A stretch of 32,000 nt of DNA, taken from NCBI RefSeq assembly GCF_000010625.1, contig NC_010296.1:3750001-3782000 (forward strand), read 5' to 3'. This DNA comes from Microcystis aeruginosa NIES-843. GTDB lineage: Bacteria; Cyanobacteriota; Cyanobacteriia; Cyanobacteriales; Microcystaceae. Made by a program: the position numbers and the translations under genes. A model generated the notes under the pieces. The model worked only from the letters and a program-made list of their open reading frames with translations, was not told the origin of the DNA and searched no databases. This document shows positions 15,284 through 24,693 of this stretch, in pieces; within the stretch, counting starts at the first letter, position 1; every line of letters begins with the position of its first letter.

Positions 15284-17299
15284 AGCCCATTGCAGAAAAG
15301 TGCAAAGCAAGGAGGAGTCAAATTTTTGTATGATAGAACCAACCTAAAAGCCCTAACCCCAAACAAACCCATGTGGCATCGCTGGTGGAAAAAGCCAATC
15401 CTTAAACAATTCAATCAATGGGGAGGACTGTTCCCCGGTATTACCATCATTGCCGTTATAATCACTGCGCGAGGATTAGGATTACCCGAAGAATCAGAAT
15501 GGACAACGTTTGACACCTTTTTGCGGCTTCGTCCCCTTGAAGCGATAGATGAGAGAATCGTAATTATCGGGATTAATGAAGCAGATATTAGACAAATCAA
15601 ACAATATCCTATCCCTGATGCTGAAATTACCAATTTAATCCAAATCTTACAACAATACAACCCCAGAGCCATCGGTTTAGACATTGTTCGGGATCTCCCC
15701 GTTGAACCAGGACATGATAAATTCGTTCAAATTTTGCAAAATAGCCCTAATATAATCGGTATTCAACAAGTTTTAGGCTTAGGCATTGCGCCCCCTCCGG
15801 CTTTACCTTCTGAGCAAATTGGTTTTTCCGATGGTATTCCCGATGATGATGGACGAATGCGGCGCAGTTTATTGGGAACTTACGTCGAAAATAACCCAGA
15901 ATATCAATTTTCCTTGGCCTTACGCCTCGCAGAAGCCTATTTAACCCCCAAAGGCTTTCCCTTAGACAATGGCATCAAAGATCCCCATGCTATGCGTTTT
16001 GGTACAGTAGAATTACCCCGTTTTTCGTCCTATACAGGGGGTTATATTAATACTAAAGCAGGGGGCGTACAGATTCTGGTCAATTATCGCAATAATATCG
16101 ATAGTTTTCGCACTTTTTCCCTAAGTGATGTCAAATCCAGCAAAATTAAGCCCGAATGGATACAAAATCGCCTTGTTTTAATTGGCATGACGACACCCAG
16201 TGCGCCTGATCTTGCTCATACAACGGCGATCGCTTCTTCTCACGTCAAAGGCGAAATTTATGGGGTAGAATTTCAAGCTCATGCCATTAGTCAAATTATT
16301 AGTGCAGTCTTGGATAATCGCCCTTTAATCAAAAGTTTAGCAGAAGGATGGGAATATCTCTGGATTATTGTTTGGGGGTTAGGAGGAATTTATCTGAGTC
16401 AATTAACCGTTTCCCCTTTAAAGAATTTATTAGCGGTTATTCTTTCGAGTTTTATGTTAATTATCATCTGTTATCTTTTCCTCTGGTGGGGATGGTGGTT
16501 GCCTATGGTTCCCGCTGTGTTAGCTTTGGCATTTAATGGGGTTATTTTAACCAGTTTTTATCTTTCTCATCAAAATTTATTGTCAAAATTAGCAGAACGT
16601 CAACAAACTATCGAAGAAACCTTTACAGTGATTCACAATGGACCCTTACAAACCTTAACCATCTTTTTAAAAAAAATGCGAGAGAAGGGAGATCAAGAAA
16701 GTATTACTTATTTAGAAAACTTAAATCAAGAAATTAGAGAAATTGGGGAATATCTTAAACAAGATTCCTTAAAACCTGCAAAAGAGACTTCAGATCGTTT
16801 ACGCTTAGGTAGTGGTTTGATGTTGGATTTAAAACAACCCCTTGACGATCTATTTTACCAAGTTTATAATAGTACCTTAAATCGGGATTTACCCTATTTT
16901 TCTACTTTAAAGGTTAAAAGTCGCTCTTTTGCGCCGATTTCTCTTCCCTTATCTTTAGACAAAAAACGGGAACTTTGCCAGTTTCTTGAAGAAGCATTAT
17001 GTAATATTGGAAAACACGCTCAAGGGGTCATCCGTATTAATGCGGTTGGCATTAATACGGATGGATGGTATATATTAAGTATTAAAGATAATGGACAAGG
17101 AAAAGACTTAATTGCCGAAAATTTAGGCACAAAACAGGCGCAAGCACTGGCTAAAAAACTTGGAGGACAGTTCAGACGAGAAAAACTGCACCCAAAAGGG
17201 GTATTATGCGAATTACGTTGGCAAATTGTTACCCAAAAAACATCTAAGTTATCGCAATGGCTTAAATTAATTCACTCTAAACTCAATCTTAAAAATTAA
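15278..17299 (+). CDS. CHASE2 domain sensor histidine kinase (HisKA_3-like H box)
   Basis: 673-aa ORF. The likelier starts are the TTG at 15326 (10 nt after AAGGAGG) or the ATG at 15371 (MWHRWWKK). It has an N-terminal TM, then a CHASE2-like region (IVIIGINEADI..YPIPD, GLDIVRDLP), then a cluster of TM helices (WEYLWIIVWGLGG, WWGWWLPMVPAVLALAF). The H box is IHNGPLQTL, the N box LEEALCNIGKHA, and the G box KDNGQG. Confidence 0.85.
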   Translation: MQSPLQKSAKQGGVKFLYDRTNLKALTPNKPMWHRWWKKPILKQFNQWGGLFPGITIIAVIITARGLGLPEESEWTTFDTFLRLRPLEAIDERIVIIGINEADIRQIKQYPIPDAEITNLIQILQQYNPRAIGLDIVRDLPVEPGHDKFVQILQNSPNIIGIQQVLGLGIAPPPALPSEQIGFSDGIPDDDGRMRRSLLGTYVENNPEYQFSLALRLAEAYLTPKGFPLDNGIKDPHAMRFGTVELPRFSSYTGGYINTKAGGVQILVNYRNNIDSFRTFSLSDVKSSKIKPEWIQNRLVLIGMTTPSAPDLAHTTAIASSHVKGEIYGVEFQAHAISQIISAVLDNRPLIKSLAEGWEYLWIIVWGLGGIYLSQLTVSPLKNLLAVILSSFMLIIICYLFLWWGWWLPMVPAVLALAFNGVILTSFYLSHQNLLSKLAERQQTIEETFTVIHNGPLQTLTIFLKKMREKGDQESITYLENLNQEIREIGEYLKQDSLKPAKETSDRLRLGSGLMLDLKQPLDDLFYQVYNSTLNRDLPYFSTLKVKSRSFAPISLPLSLDKKRELCQFLEEALCNIGKHAQGVIRINAVGINTDGWYILSIKDNGQGKDLIAENLGTKQAQALAKKLGGQFRREKLHPKGVLCELRWQIVTQKTSKLSQWLKLIHSKLNLKN

Positions 17300-17351
17300 T
17301 CTTTTTTATCTGTATAGCTCCAAGAATTGCTATATATGGGTTTCGAGATTA

Positions 17352-18173
17352 GTGCTATTTCTCATAAAACCCTACTCCCGCCTACTTTTCAAGCTTTTTG
17401 TCCTGTACTTAGTGAGAAATGCTATGATTAAAACTTACAAAAAATCCATTACTCTTTCTTTACTCACGTTAGGATTAACCCTTTTTCCTTTAATAGCTGA
17501 TGCAGGATATTCTCCCCCACCTCAACAAGAAAGAGCAGGAGATCATTCTAAATCAATGGGAGTAAGGACAGGCTCTAATTTAACCGAAGAGGATTACCCT
17601 TTAACGATTATTGCACCGCAAGTTTATGTCGGTCAAACGGCATCTGTTACCCCTTCTTTTGTCTGGATAGTGGGTAATCAAAATACGGATTATGAGGTAG
17701 ATTTTCGCTTATTTGAATTTAATGAGCAAGGAAAAATTCAACAAAGGGGAGAAACGTTACGATTTCAACAAAAAGGAGGAATTCATAACTTTTCTTTTCC
17801 CAGTAATCAAACCCCTTTAGAAGTGGGTAAAAAGTATCTTTGGCAAGTCGCTATTCGTCAAAGTCCTGACGTTTGGATGATTCAACGAGCAGAATTTAGA
17901 GTGGTTGAAATGCCCATTTTTTTAAGTCAACAAGTGGCTAATTCACTTCAAAAAACTGAACAAGCAGAACGCTATGCCGAAAATGGGTTATGGTATGATG
18001 CTTTAATGACGAGCTTATCTTCAACCCATCAAGGAGAATTAAACCCTCAAGTTGCTAATTTTATTAAATCTCTCGTAGAATCTGAACATTTAGAGCCATC
18101 TGAAGGGGTTGATGCCAAAATTATTACTCGACGAAATAACACTTTAATAAAACTGGCAGAGTATTACAAATAG
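17352..18173 (+). CDS. DUF928 domain-containing secreted protein
   Basis: The likely start is MIKTYKKSITLSLLTLGLTLFPLIADA (a signal peptide, about 24 codons into the ORF). Blocks PLTIIAPQ..VGQTASVTPSFVW, LEVGKKYLWQV and ERYAENGLWYDAL match my memory of DUF928 conserved blocks. Confidence 0.75.
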   Translation: MLFLIKPYSRLLFKLFVLYLVRNAMIKTYKKSITLSLLTLGLTLFPLIADAGYSPPPQQERAGDHSKSMGVRTGSNLTEEDYPLTIIAPQVYVGQTASVTPSFVWIVGNQNTDYEVDFRLFEFNEQGKIQQRGETLRFQQKGGIHNFSFPSNQTPLEVGKKYLWQVAIRQSPDVWMIQRAEFRVVEMPIFLSQQVANSLQKTEQAERYAENGLWYDALMTSLSSTHQGELNPQVANFIKSLVESEHLEPSEGVDAKIITRRNNTLIKLAEYYK

Positions 18174-18245
18174 GCTTAATTTTTGTGGAAATCCTATGAT
18201 TAAGGCTATAATTAAACTAAGAAATCAACATTTTCAGCTAAAGCC

Positions 18246-18893
18246 ATGCAATTAGCCTTAGAACAAATTATCGTCAATCCCGGTCAACAGTTACTTTTAA
18301 AAGATATTAACTGGCAAAAATTTGAGACAATATTATCAGAATTAGGAGAAAGTCGTGCTTCTCGGTTATCCTACAGTAACGGAATATTAGAAATTATGGT
18401 ACCTTTACCCGAACATGAAAAAGATAAAGAAATCATTAGTTATATGGTTCAGTTTTTGTTAGAAGTACTCAATATTGATTTTGAACCGTTAGGATCAACA
18501 ACATTTAAAAACGAGCGGATGAATCAAGCGGTTGAACCTGATGCCTGTTTTTATATTAAAAACTATCAAGCCGTTATTGGCAAAAATAGACTTAATTTAG
18601 AAAGTGATCCCCCCCCTGATTTAGTCCTAGAAATTGATATTACTTCCCGTACCTATTTAGATAATTATCGACAGTTAGGTGTTCCCGAACTGTGGCGTTA
18701 TACTCAAAGTGGCCTACAGATTAATTTATTACAAGAAGGAGAATATATTGAGTCTTTAAGCAGTCCCAATTTTCCTCAGATACCGATTATTGAATTAATT
18801 AATCAATTTGTTAAACAAAGTCAACAACTGGGGAGAAGTAAAGCCATCAGAAACTTTAAAAATTGGCTGACGGAAAATATAGATAATAGTTGA
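18246..18893 (+). CDS. Uma2 (DUF820) family endonuclease
   Basis: 215-aa ORF with ILEIMVPLPEHE, EPDACFYI, PPDLVLEIDITS and GVPELWRY, the typical Uma2 PD-(D/E)xK-like blocks. Confidence 0.8.
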   Translation: MQLALEQIIVNPGQQLLLKDINWQKFETILSELGESRASRLSYSNGILEIMVPLPEHEKDKEIISYMVQFLLEVLNIDFEPLGSTTFKNERMNQAVEPDACFYIKNYQAVIGKNRLNLESDPPPDLVLEIDITSRTYLDNYRQLGVPELWRYTQSGLQINLLQEGEYIESLSSPNFPQIPIIELINQFVKQSQQLGRSKAIRNFKNWLTENIDNS

Positions 18894-18899
18894 AAAATT

Positions 18900-21716
18900 C
18901 TAACATTTTCGACTAAGATAAAGTCGTCCGTCGAGAGTTGTATAAACCCCTTGCGGTTCAATGATATGATCACCCTTTTTCCAAGGTTGAGCGGGTGTTT
19001 CAGGAATAGGTTGAATGATTTCAGGGAAATAAGAGGGAGTATTCATATCTCCTGGCCGATTTTGGACACCTCCTGAGCCTTTTATGATAAAACTACCCCC
19101 GCGGTTCTGATTAGGTGAAATACAGCTATTAGCTAAGAGTTTTTCAGGGTTAATCAAGAATTCTGGCAACTGAACGATACTATTTTGAATAAAGGTCAAG
19201 TCTGGAATAATAATTGCACCTGAGACTGCACCACTGGCGTTAATATCGACTCTATCGTTACCATCTAGGGTATTAGGATCACTTTCACTCGAAATCCGTT
19301 GATAACCATTACCAAAAAATACAGGCGTATTAAATTGAATGTTGCCACCTCGTCCATCACGAGAAAAAGCTAAAATATCGCTATCATTGAATAATAGGAT
19401 AGAATTAGCTGTTACCGTAATATTTCCGCCACCTCCTGCTCCATTATTTACATTCGTCCGAATATCGCTATCTCCTTGTAATCTGATGTTATCTGCGGTG
19501 AGGGTAATTTCTCCCCCTGCGCCTTGATTGGCATTTGCGGTAATATCACTATTAGTGGCACTGAATAAACCCGTCAGATTAATATTAATATTACCTGCGT
19601 TGCCTTCTCCTTCTGAACGAACGCTAATTTCTGATTGATTTTGTAGATTAAGAGAATTGGCGTTGATTTCGATCAATCCACCCCTAGCTAATGAATTTCT
19701 AGTTACTGCGGTAGATATTTGACTATTTTGATTCATTAATAGCTCATTCCCCACATTCAAGCGAATATTACCTGCATTGCCATCAGCACTTGTACTAGCA
19801 GTAATTCGAGCATTTCGTTCTAAGGATAAGGTATCGCTAATATTTAGCACAGCGTTTCCCGCATTTTTGGGACTAATGGTAGATGTAGAAATCACCGCGC
19901 CATCTGTGAGGGTTAAGCGTCTTGTTTCTATCAAAAGGTTTCCCCCTTCTCCTTGAGATTGAAAATCAAACCCAATGATCCCTGTTGAGGTAAAAATCCC
20001 ACTAGGAAATCTCAGATCAGAGGATATTCCTGTAATGTAAAGGCTATCGCTCGCTCTGAGCAGAATATCTCCCCCTTTTCCTTGATCAAACGTGGCCGCA
20101 GAAATTTGCGCCCCGTTACTTATTCTTAAAGTTTTTGTGTTAATCTCAAGATTTCCTGCATTCCCTCTTCCGAAAGTATCTGTGTAGATAGCACTATCAA
20201 AATCATCTATATTAATGCTTTCTGAAGCATTAATGATTAAATTTCCCCCTTGACCAGAACTGGTTGCATTGAGAATTTCTCCCCCTTCATTAATATTTAA
20301 AATTTGTGTTTCAATGATTAAGTTTCCTGCTGAACCAGTTTGATCTTGACTTGCACCCAAAGAACCCGCTGCAATAAAACCATCATCAATCACATTAACG
20401 CCATTTTGGGCATTAATAATTAAATTTCCCCCCTTTCCTTGTCCAAGGGTAGTGGTTTCAATAAGAGATGCTCCCTGTACCGTTAAATTATTGGTTTTAA
20501 TAATGACACTCCCACTATCACCAAGAGTATCAATAAACGTTCCAGTACCAATAATCGAACCATTGCTCAAACGAATATCCTGCGCTTGAATTGAAATATC
20601 TCCCCCATCTTGGTCAGAAAGTGTTACTGATAAAATGGCAGATTCATTGATTAAAGCGACCTTTTGAGCGGTTAACTTGATCTCGCCCCCTCCTAACCCG
20701 CTACTATTTAGCAAGGCCAGTTGAGATAAGGTAATTTGACCTTGGGATTGACTATCTATCCCTTCATATCCTAGCCTCCATCCCTTAGGAACAGGAGTTA
20801 AGCTGACATTACCCATATTTCTGACGCTTCCGACTTCTATTCTTCCCCCCAAAGCGGTTAAACTTCCACTATTTAAAGTCACATCCCCCCCGACTAGGGC
20901 AATGGTTTGGTTAGGAAAAACCTGTAAACCGACAGGGCGAGTTAAAATATTCTCAATTAGGGTTTTTGTCCCTTCTAAAACTTCATTCGGACCTCCTGTC
21001 ACTTTAGGGATACTTTGAAGAACACCTGTAAGGGATTGTTCGGGGCCTTGTAGGGTAATCGGTTTAGGAGAAGATGAGGTGAAACCTAAACCAATAGGGG
21101 TACTAATGGTTAAAATAGGGGAAGATTGGGTTAAATTTGCACTAAAAACCGTCCCATCTGCAAATTTTATCTGATTAGCGGTTGTGGCGATAAATGACCC
21201 CCCTAAGTTTAACCTCGCATCGGGTCCAAATAAAATCCCATTCGGGTTGAGAAAAAATAAGCTTGCTGTTCCTAAGTCTTGGGGTTGAATTAAACTTGAT
21301 AAGTTAGTATTCGGTAAAAGGGACAAACTCCGTAGATTAATCAGTAAATTATTAATCGTTTCTGCTTTAATAAGCGATAAATTGCCTAAGATATCCGAAG
21401 GATTATTCCCTGTTACCCGAATTAAAATATTATTCACGCCATTGGGATTGGTTAAAATAATCGTCTGCCCTTCACGAATGTTAAAATCCTGAAAACTTTG
21501 AAACAGATTTTCACCTCTTCTTGCACCACCTTGAATCAGTTGTAGCAGTTGATTAAAAGTGATAACGAAAGCACTTTCGATTCCTAAGCTAGTATCTGGA
21601 ATAATTTGAGCAATAGCTGGACTTTTAACTGAAAATAGACTCAAGGAGACTAATAAGCTGACAAGGTTACGAAATTTTAACATTTTTATCCTGAACATTG
21701 TTACATCACTCCTCAA
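18900..21716 (-). CDS. TpsA-type exoprotein: filamentous hemagglutinin N-terminal (TPS) domain plus beta-helix repeats
   Basis: The likely start is the ATG at 21683 (MLKFRNLVSLLVSLSLFSVKSPAIAQ). TPS blocks are GGARRGENLFQSFQDFNI, NILIRVTG and LFFLNPNGILFG. About 600 aa of degenerate G/N/I-rich repeats follow (GGNLIINA, GNAGNLEINT, GNAGNININL, GAGGEITLTA). The C-terminal ~95 aa are bracketed by Cys residues, and I recognise no toxin domain. Confidence 0.9.
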   Translation of the reverse strand: MRSDVTMFRIKMLKFRNLVSLLVSLSLFSVKSPAIAQIIPDTSLGIESAFVITFNQLLQLIQGGARRGENLFQSFQDFNIREGQTIILTNPNGVNNILIRVTGNNPSDILGNLSLIKAETINNLLINLRSLSLLPNTNLSSLIQPQDLGTASLFFLNPNGILFGPDARLNLGGSFIATTANQIKFADGTVFSANLTQSSPILTISTPIGLGFTSSSPKPITLQGPEQSLTGVLQSIPKVTGGPNEVLEGTKTLIENILTRPVGLQVFPNQTIALVGGDVTLNSGSLTALGGRIEVGSVRNMGNVSLTPVPKGWRLGYEGIDSQSQGQITLSQLALLNSSGLGGGEIKLTAQKVALINESAILSVTLSDQDGGDISIQAQDIRLSNGSIIGTGTFIDTLGDSGSVIIKTNNLTVQGASLIETTTLGQGKGGNLIINAQNGVNVIDDGFIAAGSLGASQDQTGSAGNLIIETQILNINEGGEILNATSSGQGGNLIINASESINIDDFDSAIYTDTFGRGNAGNLEINTKTLRISNGAQISAATFDQGKGGDILLRASDSLYITGISSDLRFPSGIFTSTGIIGFDFQSQGEGGNLLIETRRLTLTDGAVISTSTISPKNAGNAVLNISDTLSLERNARITASTSADGNAGNIRLNVGNELLMNQNSQISTAVTRNSLARGGLIEINANSLNLQNQSEISVRSEGEGNAGNININLTGLFSATNSDITANANQGAGGEITLTADNIRLQGDSDIRTNVNNGAGGGGNITVTANSILLFNDSDILAFSRDGRGGNIQFNTPVFFGNGYQRISSESDPNTLDGNDRVDINASGAVSGAIIIPDLTFIQNSIVQLPEFLINPEKLLANSCISPNQNRGGSFIIKGSGGVQNRPGDMNTPSYFPEIIQPIPETPAQPWKKGDHIIEPQGVYTTLDGRLYLSRKC

Positions 21717-21766
21717 CTTTTTATAGTAGGATTACAGCATTGATTCAATGATCGACTGAGTAAACC

Positions 21767-23296
21767 GTGTTTCATCGCTTTTTCTCCTATTCGCGTCTTT
21801 TGATCTGGCTATTTGTCGCCAGCTTAGTCTTTTTTTCAGGATTAGGCAAAATAACACCCTCTCACTTTATCTTATTTCATGCTCCTTTGATGGCTCAATC
21901 GATGAGTCCTCGTCAATGGGTACAAGAGGGAATTGACGCTTATCAAGCAGGAAACTATCAAGAAGCGGTAAAAATCTGGAAAAAAGCTTTATCTGCTTCC
22001 TCAGAACCCCAAGAAAAGCAAATTATCCTTGAAAACTTAGCAACAGCTTATCAAAAATTAAATCAAAATGAGCAAGTCTTTGAAACCTTAGAAAAGTTAG
22101 AAAAATATGCCATTGAAACAGGAAATAAAGGGAAATTAAGTCAATTATTAACCCAAAAAGCGCAAATTTATCTTAATATTGGTCAACCACAAACAGCGAT
22201 CGCTCTTTTATGTGCTTCAACCGATGAAAAAACCTGTCAACCTAATACCGCCTTAGCTATCAGTCGTCAGATAGAGGATACAAGCATAGAACGTTCAGCA
22301 TTAGGAATTTTAGCAGAAGCTTACCGTTTTAGCGGAAAATATGACCAAAGTATTCAAACCCTAGAAACCGCTCTATCTTTACCCTCTACAGAAGCTCAAA
22401 CATCCTTAAAACAAAGCTTAGGCAATTCTTATACAGCTAGAGGTCAATTATCCCAATTACGGGCAAAATCTGCTGAAAAACAAGATCATAACCGCTCCAA
22501 TACTTTTCAAAAACAAGCGATCTCCGACTATCAACAAGCTACCAAAAATTTCCATGCTAACTTAAATGGATCAGAAGATCCTTTAACAAAACTAGAGAAT
22601 TTATTAAATTTAATTCGTTTATCCTATTATTCTCAAAATTTTCAGATAATTTCTCCCCAACAACGGCAAAATGATTTACAACAGGCGTTAATCTTGCTCC
22701 CTATGGTCCCTCAAAATGTAACAACGGTTTACGCTAGTATTGACTTAGCGAGTCTACCCGCCTTTTCTTTAGCCTTAAGTACCCCTTTAACCCAATGTCC
22801 GACGCAATGGCAACTATCTGACTATCAAAGATTATCCATTCTCGATAATGCTTTAACAATTGCTAAAAATCTTAATAATCCTCGTGTAGAGTCTTTTGCA
22901 TTAGGCGCAATCGGTCATTTTTATGAATGTCTTGGCAGAACAAAAGAAGCCTTAACCCTAACACAGAAAGCGATTTTAGTGGCTAATCAAGATTTAAACA
23001 CAAAAGATGGCTTATATCTTTTGGAATGGCAAAAAGGGCGTATTTTTCAAGCAAAAGGACAATTCAACCTCGCCGTTAACGCCTATCAAAACGCCTATAA
23101 TACTCTTGAAAATATCCGTAGTGACTTATTAACGACTGAAAAAGACGTACAATTGGACTTTCGTGATAGTATTGAACCTATTTATCGTCAACTTGCTCAA
23201 TTAAAGCTACAATTAGCTGATTCTCAAAGTTTATCATCTATACAACAAAAACAAGAATTAAAAGAAGTCCTGGCTCTTCGTTACCCTTTATGCTAA
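21767..23296 (+). CDS. TPR-CHAT protein, N-terminal fragment (signal anchor plus TPR repeats), truncated by IS insertion at 23272
   Basis: It has a GTG start and a hydrophobic N-terminus LLIWLFVASLVFFSGLG. TPR-like repeats include AYQAGNYQEAVKIWKKAL, LAEAYRFSGKYDQSIQTLETAL and GRIFQAKGQFNLAVNAYQNAY. The last 8 codons (ALRYPLC*) are IS sequence. Confidence 0.85.
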   Translation: MFHRFFSYSRLLIWLFVASLVFFSGLGKITPSHFILFHAPLMAQSMSPRQWVQEGIDAYQAGNYQEAVKIWKKALSASSEPQEKQIILENLATAYQKLNQNEQVFETLEKLEKYAIETGNKGKLSQLLTQKAQIYLNIGQPQTAIALLCASTDEKTCQPNTALAISRQIEDTSIERSALGILAEAYRFSGKYDQSIQTLETALSLPSTEAQTSLKQSLGNSYTARGQLSQLRAKSAEKQDHNRSNTFQKQAISDYQQATKNFHANLNGSEDPLTKLENLLNLIRLSYYSQNFQIISPQQRQNDLQQALILLPMVPQNVTTVYASIDLASLPAFSLALSTPLTQCPTQWQLSDYQRLSILDNALTIAKNLNNPRVESFALGAIGHFYECLGRTKEALTLTQKAILVANQDLNTKDGLYLLEWQKGRIFQAKGQFNLAVNAYQNAYNTLENIRSDLLTTEKDVQLDFRDSIEPIYRQLAQLKLQLADSQSLSSIQQKQELKEVLALRYPLC

Positions 23297-24693
23297 ATCA
23301 ACATACAAGATGCCAAGATAACATACTTCTAACCCAAAAATTCCGAAAGTTTCTAAAGCCATAGCCTCTCCGTTTTATTAGTTTAAGTTTATTGTTGATT
23401 CCCTCGACCACCCCATTCGTTGTCCTTCGCTCGAAATAACTAATTATTTCTCCAAACCAGTTTCGGATTGTTTGACAACTCTTGGTAAAAACACTGGAGG
23501 ATTTTGCCAACCATTCCGAGATGGATAGCATTCCCTCTGTCGGATTCTCTGAGGTTTCATAAATCTTTCTAAATTCTTCCTTTAATTCCTGCATCTTTTT
23601 CAAATTTGGGAATTTTTCTTTGATAGCTTCTAGTTTAATTTTTTGGGGTTCCGTTAAATCTTCTTCATTTTTTAACAGGCTATATTTACTTCGCTTTAAA
23701 ACTTCTAGCTTCGCTTCTTTTTCCGCTTTCTGTTTTTTATTTTTCTGCGCTTCTACGGCTCTTTTTTCTGCTCTTCTCTGTTCGTCTAACTCTTGATTAA
23801 TTTGTTTCATTACATGGAATCTATCGGCGACTACTTCGGCCGATGGCATCAATTCTTTCACCAAATTTTTATAAGGCAACCAAAGGTCTATGCTCACTTC
23901 TTCAATTTGCTCTAACACCTCTTTTCCCCAGCCCGTAAGCGTTTCTCTCAACTCTTCTTGTGTTCGCTTCTCTAGAATAGCTATTAGTTTTCCCGTATCT
24001 AAATTTACTAAAACCGCACAGTAATTTTTTTGTCCTTTGACTAGAGCGATTTCATCAATTCCTAGTCTTTTTAATTCCGATAGGTCTGGCTCTGTAATTT
24101 CTTCGGCGATGTCCTCTATCATTCTTTGAATCTCTTCTTCCGTTACGTCATTTATTCGACTAACATTTAAAATATCTCCTTCTTTTAATTGTTCGAGTAT
24201 ATTTGCGGCTAGTCTTTTCGTATAGGTTCGTTTCTTGGCGACAAAATCTAACTCTTCGCTAAAGGGTCTCTGACAATTATCGCACTTAAATTGACGACGA
24301 TTAATTTGTAGGTATACTGGTTGACCTGAGATTGGTAAATCTTTGACTAAATGTCGATGATTTTGGTGGAGTTTATCGCTCTCTAACCCACAACGAGGAC
24401 AGGTTGCTTTTTGATTTTTCGATTCGATTCGGCAAACTATACCGATATTTTCTAGGTGTAGATAGCCTTGAATACAGGTTCCTTTTAGGTTCAAAAATTT
24501 GTCAAGTATCATAAGTAAAATAATCTCGTTTTTGGCTATTATATCAAATCTTAACTCAATTGTCTATCTTTTGGTATTAACCTGTTTGTGCCTTAAGTCC
24601 TTCCCTGTATGGATTTCAGCTACTTTTGAGCGTAGGCGCTCTCATCGAATTTTATTTTAAGTTAATTATTTGCATAACAATTCCCGAAGAGCC
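23272..24693 (-). mobile_element. ISL3-family insertion sequence (1422 bp) with 8-bp target-site duplication
   Basis: The terminal inverted repeats are ggctcttcgttaccctttatgc (23272 onward) and, from 24693 read inward, ggctcttcgggaattgttatgc. GAAGTCCT lies at 23264-23271 and 24694-24701. The element contains a single transposase ORF. Confidence 0.9.
23298..24512 (-). CDS. ISL3-family transposase
   Basis: 404-aa ORF. It has an N-terminal zinc-finger region (CPRCG...CDNC), DEIALVKGQKNY, ADRFHVMK, and the C-terminal TNGVVEGINNKLKLIKRRGYGFRNFRNF typical of ISL3 transposases. Confidence 0.9.
   Translation of the reverse strand: MILDKFLNLKGTCIQGYLHLENIGIVCRIESKNQKATCPRCGLESDKLHQNHRHLVKDLPISGQPVYLQINRRQFKCDNCQRPFSEELDFVAKKRTYTKRLAANILEQLKEGDILNVSRINDVTEEEIQRMIEDIAEEITEPDLSELKRLGIDEIALVKGQKNYCAVLVNLDTGKLIAILEKRTQEELRETLTGWGKEVLEQIEEVSIDLWLPYKNLVKELMPSAEVVADRFHVMKQINQELDEQRRAEKRAVEAQKNKKQKAEKEAKLEVLKRSKYSLLKNEEDLTEPQKIKLEAIKEKFPNLKKMQELKEEFRKIYETSENPTEGMLSISEWLAKSSSVFTKSCQTIRNWFGEIISYFERRTTNGVVEGINNKLKLIKRRGYGFRNFRNFWVRSMLSWHLVC

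Noticed and set aside
15199-15684. Minus-strand ORFs 15199-15414 and 15415-15684
   Set aside because: They are antisense to the CHASE2 kinase 5' region and the divergent promoter, and have no supporting motifs.
18900-21716. TpsA as a CdiA-type contact-dependent inhibition toxin
   Set aside because: I recognise no VENN-type pre-toxin motif and no polymorphic toxin C-terminus. No small immunity ORF follows. The gene is only 938 aa and ends in a conserved-looking Cys-bracketed module.
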